Assembly (NCBI GenBank): GCA_002633005.1 | Contig: NMRA01000169.1 | Location: 110,277 to 174,276, forward strand | From: Phoronis australis | Taxonomy: Eukaryota; Animalia; Phoronida | Length of the DNA: 64,000 nt | Direction: 5' to 3' | In this document: positions 47,370-61,084 of the stretch, piece after piece | Layout: every line of letters begins with the position of its first letter | How positions within the stretch are numbered: the stretch's first letter is position 1 | Notes under the pieces: generated by a model | What the model was told of the DNA's origin: nothing | Databases searched by the model: none | What the model saw: the letters and a program-made list of their open reading frames with translations, nothing else | Made by a program: the position numbers and the translations under genes

Positions 47370-50300
47370 CGATACTCATGGTCAGTTCCGGAAAGTGCTA
47401 CTGTTATTCTAAATTGCATTTAGGACCTTCAAAAACACGGTACGTTTTCACTGCTAGGTTGTCAAGATTCAACGGCAGACAGCAAGCGTTGCGAGAACGA
47501 AAGTTTTAGACTTCTCTGGTAAAGCTTTCACTGAAAACTCCAAAACTCTCTAGTGCACAGTATCCTTTTTTAAAAGTGTATCCAGAACAGTTCCAGGGAA
47601 ATCAGTTTTCTAAAAAGAAGTGTTACTTCATTCTTGTTTTTATTTGTGTTCAGCAACGACACAAAACTGTATGCGTCAATTATTTGCGACTCATTCCGAG
47701 AAAATATTCATTTTCGGTATCAAATTTCGTCTCTCAACAGAAAAATTAAAAACTCAGCCGACTCTGGATCTGAACTAGACGCCTCTACCTGAAATACAAC
47801 TGCAGTTTCATATTGAAGATCGAAGCCATAAGCGATTGACAGTAAAGTTTTTATTGTCGAGTCCCCTGACGGATGTGAAGACCGCATGCTGCATAAAAAC
47901 TGCATTGAAAAGAACGACGCGACCTCGTTGGAGGACACTTATAGAGACGTGGGTGTGTACGTAACCTTTGCGGCCCATTGTTGTCGCGAAAAGTGTGTGA
48001 ATTATGCGTGGGATACTTGCAGCTGGCTCGTTTTGCCATGACAAATTGCGTCCCAGTGCGTGTCAAAACACCGCACTCATTCGGTACAATGTTTGTTACC
48101 TTCTGCCTAACGGTATGCAAATACAGTGGAGCACACTTAATGTCATACTGGAGAATAAAATACCACGGTTATTGTCGAGAAATGTCAAAAATGAATCATT
48201 TCCCATTGACAATGTTAAATAACCCACATATTGTCATGAACTATTGTCATATTCCTATACACTGCCATAAACAATAGGCAAAATTGATTCTCTGTTGCTT
48301 GTTTGGCGGTCTTACACTTTCCACTTAGCACGATCAACTTACAAGTCGAAGCCCGCTTAATAGAATATCCAGCTTATCGTAATAAATTACATTGAAACCG
48401 ATGGTATGACATTAGGCGGGCTACACTGTACGATGAGGAATAATTGATAAAACTACAAAAATGGTAACATTACACCGAATTGTGTATTAGGCCTCGAAAT
48501 AAGGTCGATAAAGCTCCTAAAAGAACATATAGTACGGTTAAATATAATAAATACACGAATAATGATAATCCATAGAAATTTTGCGCGCTTCTTAAAAATT
48601 TGGGACCAATCAAAAGTAACAGGGAGTCTGTAAATTAAAAAGTCGGAAAATGAGAAAAGTTGTCATCTGTCAAATTATGATTTGTTACTCTTGGTTAAAA
48701 CATGACACATCTTGTGCAACTGATTTACAAACAACCTGCAAGCCGCATATAAGTAAATGATTTAAATTGCTCTAATTGGATTAACTATAAAACTTTAAGT
48801 CAAGGAGATAATCCATCACACTTCTTCTCTTTATGTATTTGATCTTACTTAAGTAAAAATGTCAACGAATTGGGTAAGACCCAGGCAGTTCAGTGAATAA
48901 CTTTGTGTTTTCAAAATAAACAAAGCAGACTTTCACAGGGTCCTATAGACTGACAAACGTTAGAAAACACATAACTAGATTTGTTTGGAAGTTCAATCGA
49001 AGGTTTATGCAATAAATGGCGTTTTTTTGATTTTTTCAGAGTTGTGACGTTGTTGCGCAGAGCGCCAACAGTAACGAACTTGTGCAATAAGTTTTCGCGA
49101 CTTTGACAACGTAGGTGGTGTGAAAGCCAGACTTCAACTTATCCGAAACTAATGTTGTTCACTTCAGATTCGAACATACCGCAAAAAGACTCGGATTTAA
49201 ACTAAAAATTTCAGCTATTTGATATAGAACATCCTACATGTTCAAGATTTTTGAAATAAAAGGTATAACTTTTGAACTTTATTTGGCTTTATGTAGCATC
49301 ACTTCTGCATGACGTTTCTGCTGTGTGGGGTTAAAAGACTAATATTTTATTCTGAAAATATTCAAATTTGAGCTTTAGTTTTTGTGAAGGTAAACAGAGT
49401 AACATCTACTTGGTGGTGATATTGGATGATACTTCACCCGTAATAGATGGAAACTAGAAAGATTATTGTCGCGGCGTGACAATAATGGACTTTGCGCGTA
49501 CGCATTACTGGAATTGTTATGGGATGTTGTTGACAACAAACCGTTTACCAATATAAAAAAGAATTCTTTAAAGCTGTAGGAGAAATCACATGCTTATAAT
49601 TTGATGACCATTACACTAATTGACCCCTTCCGGTGCATTAAGCGCCCCCATGAGAGAATAAGTGTAAACTCGATGAAAAGTGTGGTTAATGCTAAGAATC
49701 AAAAATGCCTTACTTTAAGTACTTTAGAATACACGATGAATGAATTGGTCAATCTTTCAGAAGAAAAATGCACCTAATGACCCCATGGCTGCACCAAATG
49801 ACCTGAAACTTTAAAACTCAAACTCATTTTTATTTTACGTAACAGATATGAAAATTTGAAGTGTCTGGCTCAAAATTTTAGTTCGCACTCAATAACCTTT
49901 GACCTTTGTTTTTTAAATTGACTTTTAGCCTCATACCTGTGCACCCAACATGTACTATACGACTGTGCAATAAGCTTGAGGCGATAGAATAACTAAAGAG
50001 ATGGTTTTGGTTTACTATAATGGGCAAATATTGTTTAAAAAGCTTGTTTAGTAATGTAGTTAAATAGTTCTTAGACAGTGAGAAAAATACAAACGATTAG
50101 AAGGCTCAAGAATATACGAACTGAATGTATAATGTATTATAATTTTCTCTACCAATAGAGGTCATAACATTAAATAAACAAATATCCAAACCTAAGTTGG
50201 GCATGTATTATAGACTGGTCATCATATTACTGTAGATGAACTCATTTGAATATGACCTGTGTTTTTGTATTTAGTTGTTCATTACAAGATTCTCTAAGTA

Positions 50301-51092
50301 TTCAAATTTACAAACTATAGAAAAGTAGAAAGATTGCGAATGTCATTTCACCACGTTCCTGGTAACTTGCCAAATATGATAAATGAGTATGCGACCGTGC
50401 ATGTACATGTAGATGTAAATAAAGTCATTTTTCACCGAATTCATTGGCAAGTGACATGAAATTGTGCTGAAACTTTTAGATCTGAACAGCACACCTTTGA
50501 ATGAAGTGGAAAACATCAAAATAAAATTACCAGATGAAAGTACTCACGAAACCTTTTTAAAGCTTTTACAGCTTAGAGCTCACAGAATTACCAGAAACAT
50601 TTACAAATAATCGTCATCAACGAAGAAAACTGGTATGGCACAACATTGCGCATTATTCATTACTCTTAAGTATCACCAATTAAATTCATGTGATGTTATC
50701 AATACAGATTTGGAGAGGCAATACTATAAACGCATCACGTGTTTCTTTTGTTTCCTTTGATTCACGATTTGATATAAAATGCCACTGTAATAATTAATAG
50801 ACAGCTACTAATTCTATCTACTACCAAATGAAATGGATTATCTGGAGTTCAGTCTCAGGCACAGGCTGGTTTCAAAGTTTTCCTATGATGAACCATTAAC
50901 GTCAACATTTCTCCTTATACAGAAAATTCGAATCCATTTGGAATGTAATTTTAACCAGCCAATTAAAGACAGGCACATGGTGTTACTTTACGTGCATACA
51001 TATGAAGATAAAAACTCGAACCTTACAAAGCTCGTCTCATTACAATTTTAATGCATTCTTTTGCGGCTAAGCTAAATAGAAAAGTATAAGTT

Positions 51093-52943
51093 TTACTTCA
51101 TCATGTGTGTTCTCACGTCTATGCTAGACACAATATAAACTTTGCCGTCTAGATACAAAAGTCGCGGATTTTTAGGTATGTAAACTTTTTTCAGTAGCCA
51201 CGCCAATCGTCTCTCAATTATGAGTCCAGTCGATAGCCTATGAAGTTGAATCACAATTTCGCGGCATTCGGCAATTTGGGTCACTCGACTGGACATGATC
51301 GCAATCAAGAAGTTCAGAAGCAATATAGCGACCACACCGACATAAATCACATGGAGGAGACTTGCAATCGCACCCTCTGGTGTTGACAATTCTATTCCAT
51401 CTCCGATGACTTGTACCATGTTTAACATCATGGTAAAAGTCGAATACAGACTTGTCGCAGCATCCTTGAAACTGCCCAGACATTTGCTACCAAACAAACT
51501 ATAGAAAGTCATAAAAAAGGACACAAGGATCAAGCCATAGATAACTAGAAACTGAGCAAGGTTTGCCATCATTTCCTGAAATACAATAACAAAATACCCT
51601 ACTCTTGGCGCAAGCCTGACAAAATACAGCAATGACCAGATGTTTGTAATGCAAGCAAGCGCAATACACAAAAATACGAATAACTTTGTTTCTGGTCCAA
51701 AATTTGAAGGTGGGCGGAGAATTTCCAACACGATAACAGAAGAGAAAGTATGGATTATATCACACGTATAGAAAAAGAACAGACTTGTGACTTTCGTTTC
51801 TTTGGTTTCAAAATGTAATATCGGTTGAGCCACATTTCGGTCTTTGCAAAACGCGTAGAAGTCAGCCGAGTGCGCCAAAAGAGTAAAGAACAGGCGCACA
51901 TATAAATACGCACTAACTAAACTAAATGTTGTGTCTACGCTCGTGTTGAGGATGGGTTTTTCAGAACAAGATATAAAATTGGCGGTAGAATTTGAGGAAT
52001 CTCCGGTACTGCTTTGCAAATGTTCGAAAAATACTTTCATCAACATGTCTTGGAAAAAAACCATGAACAAAAGCGCATGCCCAAGTCTGTAAACACTCCA
52101 TATCAGAACTAATACGAAATAATATCTCTGGGATATCCGCGCCAATTGCATCACAGGTGATCGCGAAAACGCTTTTCTGTTTTTCGTCCTTATTCGTTCA
52201 AATGTAGTGTACATTAAAAGAGCTAATGGCGATCGGCTTAGCCTGTCTCCCCCTACAATGTAGTCTGTGATATCGAACAACACCTTATCATGGGTTCCCA
52301 TGTTCATTCGCGTAAATTTATACACTCCTTCTGTGTTCAGTATTTTCCTCGACATTGCAAACGACGACACTCTCATTGCTAACTCAAGAGGTCTATAACC
52401 ATTGACGTCTTCCGTCATCAGCAATTTCCTAATTACATTGACTCCGCTGTCTTGTTTTTGTAAATACTTTACAACAATGTCGTAAATGTCAGCTACCGCA
52501 GTATATTCGGCACTAGTTACTGCTAGGCAATGTACGATGTTCCAACCCATGAAGCCAGTTCTTAATACGTCTGCCCCTTCATTTAATAATATTTTAACTA
52601 CTTCCCCGTGACCACTGATTGCAGCTAACTGGAACGCGTGCACGCCGTCAATACCGGAAGTCACGCCATGTTGTATCTGCTGAAGTCTTACGTATTTCCG
52701 GAGCTGACTCATGCAAACCCACGTGCTGATGCAATCGTAGAGGTCTTCAGCGTCTGAAAACTGGAACTGCCCTTGCACCAACCTATCTCGCTCGGAGGCC
52801 TTGTCAAGAATGTTTTCAATGTCCTGTGAGTTACCTTTTACAAGAGCGGCAGCCCAATATCCGTAGGTTTCAAAAGAAAGACGTACTTTACGCTTTTCTT
52901 CACGCCATTCTCTCATCTCAAGATGAACTGGCTCTACTGACAT
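51093..52943 (-). CDS. TRPV-like cation channel, 616 aa, single coding exon; paralogue B1
   Basis: LSFETYGYWAAAL, AFQLAAISGHGEVVKILLNEGADV, NGYRPLELAMR, VGYFVIVFQEMM, SLYSTFTMMLNMVQ, AILLLNFLIAIMS, IERRL; upstream acceptor TTTCACTTGATTACAG (minus) ending at 53045. Confidence 0.92.
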   Translation of the reverse strand: MSVEPVHLEMREWREEKRKVRLSFETYGYWAAALVKGNSQDIENILDKASERDRLVQGQFQFSDAEDLYDCISTWVCMSQLRKYVRLQQIQHGVTSGIDGVHAFQLAAISGHGEVVKILLNEGADVLRTGFMGWNIVHCLAVTSAEYTAVADIYDIVVKYLQKQDSGVNVIRKLLMTEDVNGYRPLELAMRVSSFAMSRKILNTEGVYKFTRMNMGTHDKVLFDITDYIVGGDRLSRSPLALLMYTTFERIRTKNRKAFSRSPVMQLARISQRYYFVLVLIWSVYRLGHALLFMVFFQDMLMKVFFEHLQSSTGDSSNSTANFISCSEKPILNTSVDTTFSLVSAYLYVRLFFTLLAHSADFYAFCKDRNVAQPILHFETKETKVTSLFFFYTCDIIHTFSSVIVLEILRPPSNFGPETKLFVFLCIALACITNIWSLLYFVRLAPRVGYFVIVFQEMMANLAQFLVIYGLILVSFFMTFYSLFGSKCLGSFKDAATSLYSTFTMMLNMVQVIGDGIELSTPEGAIASLLHVIYVGVVAILLLNFLIAIMSSRVTQIAECREIVIQLHRLSTGLIIERRLAWLLKKVYIPKNPRLLYLDGKVYIVSSIDVRTHMMK

Positions 52944-55899
52944 AGCGGTGCAACGTTTGATAAAGTGTCAGAATCTTCAGGGCCACCCTAAGGAAGACGT
53001 GCCGCACCTCTGACAACTTGTAAAGCGAGGTGTTTCAGGTGAGGCTGTAATCAAGTGAAATCACAGCACGCGTGGCTTTCATACCCAAGTGACTTCTGAT
53101 AAATGATTGATGAATTGACCGTTGCTTTGTATCGGCAAATATCTACGTGCAAACATTCGTACCTTCAGGACACACACGATCGATATTCTAATAACATTAC
53201 GTGAAAACTTCTTTTTCGTCAAATTAATTAAGTAAACCTTTTAGAAATCTTAGTTGACAGCAAAAAGCCATTTGGGATGTTAAAGTAAGTTACTTCTTCG
53301 TTTGTTTCAATCACTAATGATAGATTAATCAAAAAACATAACTTGTAGTTAGGAAATAAAGCGGCGTATAGTGCCTGATGTCAAAATGTATCTTTTGTTA
53401 TTTTATATTTATTTAACGACTAGTACAAATAAAATACGAAACTTTTCATGTTTGCTTCTCAGTTTTCAGTGACCTGCAGTTGCACATATCTTTCTGCATC
53501 GTACAGGTTCGTGGAGTTAGGTGTGAAAAGTGCATTGAGTTGGCTATCCTTAGTTGTCGCTATTGTCTAGCAGTGACCTTTCTTTTCATTTGCAGTGATG
53601 ACATCGTGCATATCATGCGCATTCATGTCACGGCAACTAGGATTTCAGAAAAGATGGGAAAATCGTTGCTTGCGCGTGACAGCAAGTTACGTTCAGGTTG
53701 GAACAGACTCTTTCAATAACTGCGTAAATTAAATTTTTTTAAAAACTCATTGACACGCCTCTCACGTCAATCAACAATGCTGACATGTATGCTTAATCTT
53801 TTAAGCACGCAGATCATTGTACACTTGCAAATTTTTGCTTGCAAACTCGAGTTTAGCCAACATGTAGCTGTGAACACAAGCTTGCTAGTGTGGAAGAGTT
53901 GCCAAACACGAACAAACTAGCCTGTCGAAGTTCTACATACACATTTATTTGAAAGGGAGTTTGATGGAGTTTGGTAGAACATAAAAAGTAGATGAAAATT
54001 ATGCGATGGTCAGTGTTCAAAATATCACTCTTCATTAGGTAATGGGGTAAAATTGATGACACAGGAATCCTTTGCAATTTTATTTTTGACTTTTACCAAG
54101 TTGCGATTTATTGGGTCACGTGGTCATATCTTAAATTAGAATTTAGGAAAAAAGAAACATGGGCAGCAGCACAACGGTATCAATAATATAACAAATTTCA
54201 AGTGTCAAAACCTCTGTTACAGTTCTATAAAATCAAATTCTCTTTTTATGCAACTTTTTATTTGTTTTGTATAAATCCTATTTTGATAGCCTCTCATGAA
54301 AAATGGATTATCTTAAAACAATATCAACACCGTTTTGGAGAACAGTGCTTAAAGCATAGTATATGAAATTTTCAAATAAGCCTGAACTGCCATGTCTGAG
54401 ATATGACGTCACGAAATTATGACTTTCCTGACCCACGCAAGCTTTTTCATCACCGTAGCAACGGCAGTTTTCTTCCACAGCAAGAACAGTGTATAAGTGC
54501 AGACGCACCTATACCTTTTTCATTCGCCAAAACCTCACCTAACTCCCACTTTGTTCTTCCAGGTCTACTAAGCGGACAGTGTAGTATACAGTTTTCTGCG
54601 TGGTGCGTACTTTGATCACACTTCTCACTAAGGACTTCAAATATCACCGACAATGGTCGCATGCCGTTTTGGTGTTTTAACCTTAATTAGATTCTAACGA
54701 ACTGCTCTGAAGAAGAAGTGACGCAAAAAATATTTCTAATGCATTGGCATTAAAGACGTCATTTTCGTTAATTGTAAGTAAGAATAAAGAAAGAATTGCC
54801 ATGAGAGTCTCACTGCATTCCAACTGTGAAAACCAGCTGGGTCCGATTTAACAAACCTTTACTTTACAGGAAAGGAACTTTATTGCTAAGAAATGACTCA
54901 ATGTTCAAGTTGATCTGTTTACGATATTTGGGAAGTCACAGTTCTCCACGAGAGGCGTTAGTTTACCTAAGTATGGTGTGAGCTGCTATCTTCGTTTTGT
55001 ACCAATGTCGAAATGACGACAGCGGAGTTGGGCTTTTTTTGAACTAAGGTGATTTCACTAGGTTTACCGAAAAACCATAAAACGGTCGTTGTTTTACGGC
55101 ATTGACTAACATTTGAATATGATTTTTGTTTCAAATAACAGATAATTTACTTGTTAAATGATGATTTTGCGTTGTTTTTTTATTATTTTAGCATTCGATA
55201 ATCGCGCACGACATCAATTTTCTCAACTACGTCATACCAAACAATAGACGAACCCCAAAATAGAAATTAGATGATTTTTAATTCAAACGGCAATTTTGAA
55301 ATATTAAAGTGGAAACTTTTTGTCTCAAATTGTTTTCATCAACTAAACTTATTTCACCGCCCCAACAACATAACAAAATTGCCGTCTTGTGAAATGCAAT
55401 AGGGAAATCGTGAATTTGAAATTGGTGCGTTTTTGAAAAGGTGAAATTGTACATTCTTATGTGACGCTGTTTGGGCTAAAATGCAATGTAGTTAAAAACC
55501 GAAATCGGTGAACCCGTGACTTATTTTCTTACTACAAGGAAAATGCGATGGGTATCAAGACAACGCAAGTTTATGACATACAAAAAAGGACAAAATATTC
55601 AACCCTTTGTAATTTTATAACCACTTGTTATTCAAACACATCAAAACAAACTAGCAACTTTATCAATGCAAGTACATAAACCATGTTCCTACACCAATTA
55701 GCCGATGCAGGTACTCCCAGACTAGATACTGAGTATATGACTGTGAACGAAAACTTTAATAGGTAAAAATTGATTTCCACGGTGTCCAAAGTTCTTGTAG
55801 TTCTACATGTCCAAGATTGCTGTGTTTTAGAATATATTTTTCAGTAATAAAATTTTAGTTTCACTTACTTAATAAAAACATTTAAAATAAAAGTGCTCT

Positions 55900-56950
55900 T
55901 TTTATTTTTATGTAAATACAATATTTCGTTTGTAAGAAATTTTTAAAATATTGTACCTTTTTTTCTTTTCAAAATGGATTCCAACCACAGGTGTGAATCT
56001 AAATGAAGTTAGTGTCGATCCTTGATGACAACAGGCTCTGAATATCGCTCTAAAAATTGCGCGCAACACAACGATATACAAAGAAGTGTTCGATTGTCTC
56101 ACGTTTGCAATAGATGAACGAATCAGAATCACCATTAATTTCAAACAAGCATTTGTAGGAAGGATCCTGTGCAGCAATTTGTATTGAAAATGGCGTATTT
56201 TTGTCTCATTTAAACTTAAAAGGTGGATTTTATAATAGCTCTTCCATATACAGAGATCAGTGTTTCATAAATCTTCAAAATTCTTAAGGGCAGTAGGCTT
56301 CAAATGATTTTATCTCCTGTAATATACTATAAATATGTTTACATCCACTTTCATCACCAAGTAGATTGGAGAGTAAAAAGGTAAAATTGGCCTTACAAAC
56401 TTTTTTACTACGGGTAACACTTTTTCATGAAGACTTTTGCTACCAACTAATCAAAGAAAGATAACGCAACAATAATTTTATGATTCTTCTTTAAAATAAT
56501 CGTGTAAGAAAATCGCAATTTATGTTTTAAAAAATCATTAAAAAAGACTATATAATTATTTAGTAAAGAATCCTCATAAAAATTTTGCTCGTTTACTAAA
56601 ATCCTTCCATATGTAAAATATCTAAAGTGACAATACTGCATTCGCATTTGTATACGTCATTGTACTGCTTGCTATTAAAATAAGTCAAATGGTATAAATG
56701 TTCACGCTTGAATAAATCGTCAAAGGGCAAGTGTTCCTATAACCGTCATTTTACGAGTTTTCGTTTTGACCATGTCTTCAGTATATTTTTAATTTCGAAA
56801 AAGTAAAATTAAAATTTAAGGTGTTGTCTAAATTTACATTTCGCAATTCTATACATCCCATTTTAGTGTCCAGCGTTGATAATGATTAACTTTTTTGAAA
56901 ACTTTTTACTTCCAATCCAAATTACATTTCATATAAAATAATCAACTTCA
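55900..56950 (-). mobile_element. Decayed L1/Tx1-type LINE 3' fragment
   Basis: ETKIRHFQYKLLHRILPTNACLKLM (about 56210-56130), same zf-RVT region as the 9.4-10.1 kb copy, many stops. Confidence 0.7.
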
Positions 56951-57554
56951 AACCAGTAATATCTGCATAGAAATTGTTGTCTCTGCCAAGGAGCATGGGA
57001 ACCCATCTAAAATAAATATTGTAGAAGTCAAAACGCTAGCATTTGAGGTACTCGAAATCTTAACCAAACGTTCACTTACGCCAATGTAGGAAAACCAGTA
57101 AACTGGAACCTGTTTACAGGAACATGCTTTTGGTAAAAGTGCGGCTAACCTACCACCATACAAAAATGAAAGAGTGAAAGTGAGCCGTAAAATGCATCGA
57201 ATCAATACATAGATTAACAAATTAATACATACATGTAGATCAACAAATCAATAATACATCTTTTGTGCTAAAGATTCTCGAGGCACACATCATTCCGATT
57301 TCGCTGAAGTTAAAGTTCAACGCAAATTAAAAATCAGTTCACACGTCTACAAGTTGTCTGTGATATCACCGGATGTTTACGAGCCGACAACCGCTCCAAG
57401 ACAACGCCTTTGAAAGCCGACTGCATCGCTGTAGATGAAGGTTTAGGCATGGTTGTGGTTGCACGGATAGAGTTAACCTCAAACTGAGTAACACAAGGTG
57501 CCATACCCTTAGGTGGCATTCAGTACTTAATTTTTAGAGGCATAGTCGAATTCC

Positions 57555-57688
57555 NNNNNNNNNNNNNNNNNNNNNNNNNNNNNNNNNNNNNNNNNNNNNN
57601 NNNNNNNNNNNNNNNNNNNNNNNNNNNNNNNNNNNNNNNNNNNNNNNNNNNNNNNNNNNNNNNNNNNNNNNNNNNNNNNNNNNNNNNN
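57555..57688. other. Assembly gap (N run)
   Basis: Run of N bases. Confidence 1.
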
Positions 57689-58141
57689 ACTTAGATCTCG
57701 GATGTACCATCTTCCACACAAACATTCTTGTTTCAGATAAAACGAAGTAAAACTTGTCTCAACTCAAACTGTAAAACGGATGTTCAACCCCAACTCTATT
57801 AACACTAAAATCAAAACCTCAGACACTTGTTTTAGTGGAAGGTCAAGTAACTTAATGGTCATTACATAACAGTATGCCAATGTAGGTCACATATGGCACT
57901 CTGTAGCAGGGCACTCATAATAACAGTGACATCTTTTGGGAGACACTGTACAGAGTTATATATAGGATGTTGTGATGAAACCAAGTTGTTGAGAGAATAC
58001 ACGTGTAGGCACTGTACATACCAAATAACAGTTTCTGATAGGTCTGAAATTGTGGGGCATTATATATACCCCACAATTTTTTGCAACCCCACAGTAAAGG
58101 TCTCATATATAAAAATGCCCCGGATCTGTATAGTTCTCTTA

Positions 58142-58142
<1 letters not shown>

Positions 58143-58174
<32 letters not shown>
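58143..58174. repeat. (TA)n microsatellite
   Basis: Directly visible. Confidence 0.95.
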
Positions 58175-58175
<1 letters not shown>

Positions 58176-59237
58176 CCTTTTATCTCGGCAGATTGTCACC
58201 CACCTTTACAGTTCAACATATTATATAACTTTTGTAATTACCGATATCTGTAGTAGTTTAGTTTGTCATAATATATATGACCTTTTATCTCATCTACAAG
58301 TGTTGTTTCACTGTAAACTAAGCTTCGGTATCGCTTCGCAGAGCGCATGTAAATGATGGTACGGCCGTGAAATAACTGTGTTATCACACCGTGAAATACG
58401 TTAAATCTTGTTTTCCGTATATTTCCTAGAGAAGATAACCGCTATCATCTCTAGACAAATAACCGTGGCGAAGTCGTAAGAATTACGGTATTTGGCGGGC
58501 TAAATCCATAATAATTACGATTGTTGATTTAAGTCATCTCCTTATGTAGTACGACTCACGTCTCACAATTCTGTACTGAAGTTAGTGTCACCAATACTTG
58601 AAAAACACCTTACACATGACAACTGGACCAAATATAGAGCACAGATGATAAACAAATCTGTCAAACACCAACTAAATTTTTAATTTCATCAAAACTTTAT
58701 GAAAATCAAGGCGAAAACAGTGGCGGATCTAGGATATCATAAAAGGGGCAAACTTTTGTCCGATAGACGATCACGCGTAGAGGCTCGTAGGGGAAATTTT
58801 GTTTTTGCCTCTGAAACCAAGCATTTTCTTTGATTTCTGGAGTATTGTCAACATTTTCCTTTGGCTGGTCGATGTTTGCGATTAGCGAGCCTAAATCCCA
58901 CGACCCAGAACGCATTCTGGAATCCGACGTCACTGCACGGCAAGTTTTGTACTCGACAAGTTGGCCGGTCTAAACAAAACCTTGATTATAGACTTTCACC
59001 AGCTTTATCTATCTTCTTTGTCCGATGGCGAACAGATACGCAAAGAGGCTCATGATTTATGTGGTCATGCCACATACTCAAACGACTCATTCACATATTA
59101 AAACACTGTGAGTATTAACATCACCTCCTGAAAGCAGGCATTTTAATTAAACAAATTATTATTATTTTAAAGCATTTAAGCAGTTTAATCGCGGAATCGC
59201 CGCTTATGATTTAAACACGGAAAATCTTATATTAGAT

Positions 59238-59305
59238 GGACTCAAACTCACGACCTCTTGATAAGAGACAGAAAGCGTGCACTCGTCAACTGCGCCACCA
59301 CGCTT
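59238..59305 (-). mobile_element. tRNA-derived SINE head or tRNA pseudogene
   Basis: Minus strand: A-box-like GGTGGCGCAGTTGA and B-box-like GAGTTTGAGTCC with tRNA-like spacing; no intact cloverleaf. Confidence 0.6.
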
Positions 59306-61084
59306 CCACATAAGTCACTATGCTAACATGGTAAGAGACATACTTGTTCATGATCCACAGCTTTCGCGCACGAATCTGCTCATTTCTGTAATGTCAGTTG
59401 CAAAACTTGTTGTGTTTAAATAGTCTTAGATACCCAAACGACCAAATCCATTTTTCATGTTGGCATTACCCACGCGCTTGCTTTGCAAATCATCTTAATT
59501 TTAATGTTTGAAAAAGAAAGTATTACTAGTTTCTGAGTAATTCACAGAGGCTTCGATTACAGTTTACATCTTACCAGCAACTTCTGTTTCTTCATCGTCA
59601 CTCAGCTTCGGTTTTCTTTAAAAAATGAAGTAATTTTCTTCATTGAACAGTGGAGCAGACGACGGAATAGGAGTGGTAGTGCGCAGCGCCCCTGCCGGTC
59701 GCATATCGACCGGGAGCGGCATTACTTAGACACTTAGCCAGCCGTAGATGTCAATCAGACACTAAACCCCCCCCCGCACTCCCCCCACACACAAACTAAA
59801 ACTTCACACATTGTCAAATCTTGTTTCGGCCGTGTAATGTTGATAAGCTGGGTTAATTGATAAACTCAGTTTTTTCCTCGCGCTTTTGCTGTGACGACAA
59901 AAGTGGGTTAGGAGTGTAGTACACTGATGTGGGTTCTTATATCTCGGTGCATGATATGCAAACCGATTTAATACGAGGGCTAAGCCCGAGTTTAAATCGT
60001 CTTTCATGTCACGTTTCTCGATATAATAACCCACAGCTCATCACGTACGTTATATCACTTGGATATCATTGTTACAGTTAAAGCATATCTTTTATTCTTA
60101 AGGCTTGAAATATGCAATTTAAATTGGATAAGCATGCCAAAACAAGCTTTCATTCAAATCACTCAAGTTACAAAAAATCAACATACTGAACTTGATCTTA
60201 ATATTTGCATACAACGTCGACACGATACTTTCACACATACGAAAGAAGCCAATACTTAACCGCTTGGAAAGTGACGATGTTTATTTGGTAGTTCTAATAC
60301 ATAAAGGTTATTGTTTTTTGTATTGGCAGTAGAAAACAGTGATTAACTCGGCCGGAATACAGGTATTTCTATGGGACGGCCACTTGCTTTATCATTCACG
60401 ACACCTAGTAGTGAATATCGAATTCCCCTTTGTCGTGCTTTTATTGACAACAACACAGTCACGTGAGCAACAACGGAGTAAATAGAAAGTTCAGATCCCG
60501 GGGTAAGTTTTCTCCCGACACGAGTAACCCGACTTTTGCTCACGGTAGTGAACAATTAGCCTTGGTTGACGTCAGCACTTCGGATTTTGAATCCTATCCC
60601 TCATCGGCAGACAGTTGATATGTGGCTCAGGTGTCCAGTTGGGTTATGGCTGCTCACTGTTAAATTAAAGCTTTCACAGACTTGATTAAGTTGCTTTGGT
60701 ATTCGTCTTAAGGAAATCCATTCAGCGACTTCGAATGAAAAAATTATTCATCTATGAGAGGAGCTACATTAATTTGAAGGATGAATGTCACGGATTCAGC
60801 ACAATATCTTTTGTTAGTAAACTGCTTTGTAGTGAAACTTGACATCCCATACTTTGTGTAATTAAATGAGGCACAACACTATGATCCAGACAGGAATTGG
60901 GTAACTCAACATACCACGCGTAGTATATTTAACGAAATTTACTTACGTGTAGCATGGTCTAAGTCATTAGGAGGATAAAGAAACAATTTGTGGTGAATCA
61001 ATTGTTGATAAAAATTTTTCTTCTCCCAAATTGTGCCAATTTCCATGAATCGCACTCCTTCAGTTCGTATGCATCTTCCGTGAA

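Noticed and set aside
47219-47509. Poly-Met / poly-His ORFs
   Set aside because: Translation of an (ATG)n microsatellite; flanks have no protein-like features.
57334-57554. GC-richer stretch next to the assembly gap as a possible exon
   Set aside because: No recognisable motif and cut by the gap; cannot be supported.
59238-59305. Functional tRNA gene
   Set aside because: B box mutated and stems do not pair; better explained as a SINE head or pseudogene.
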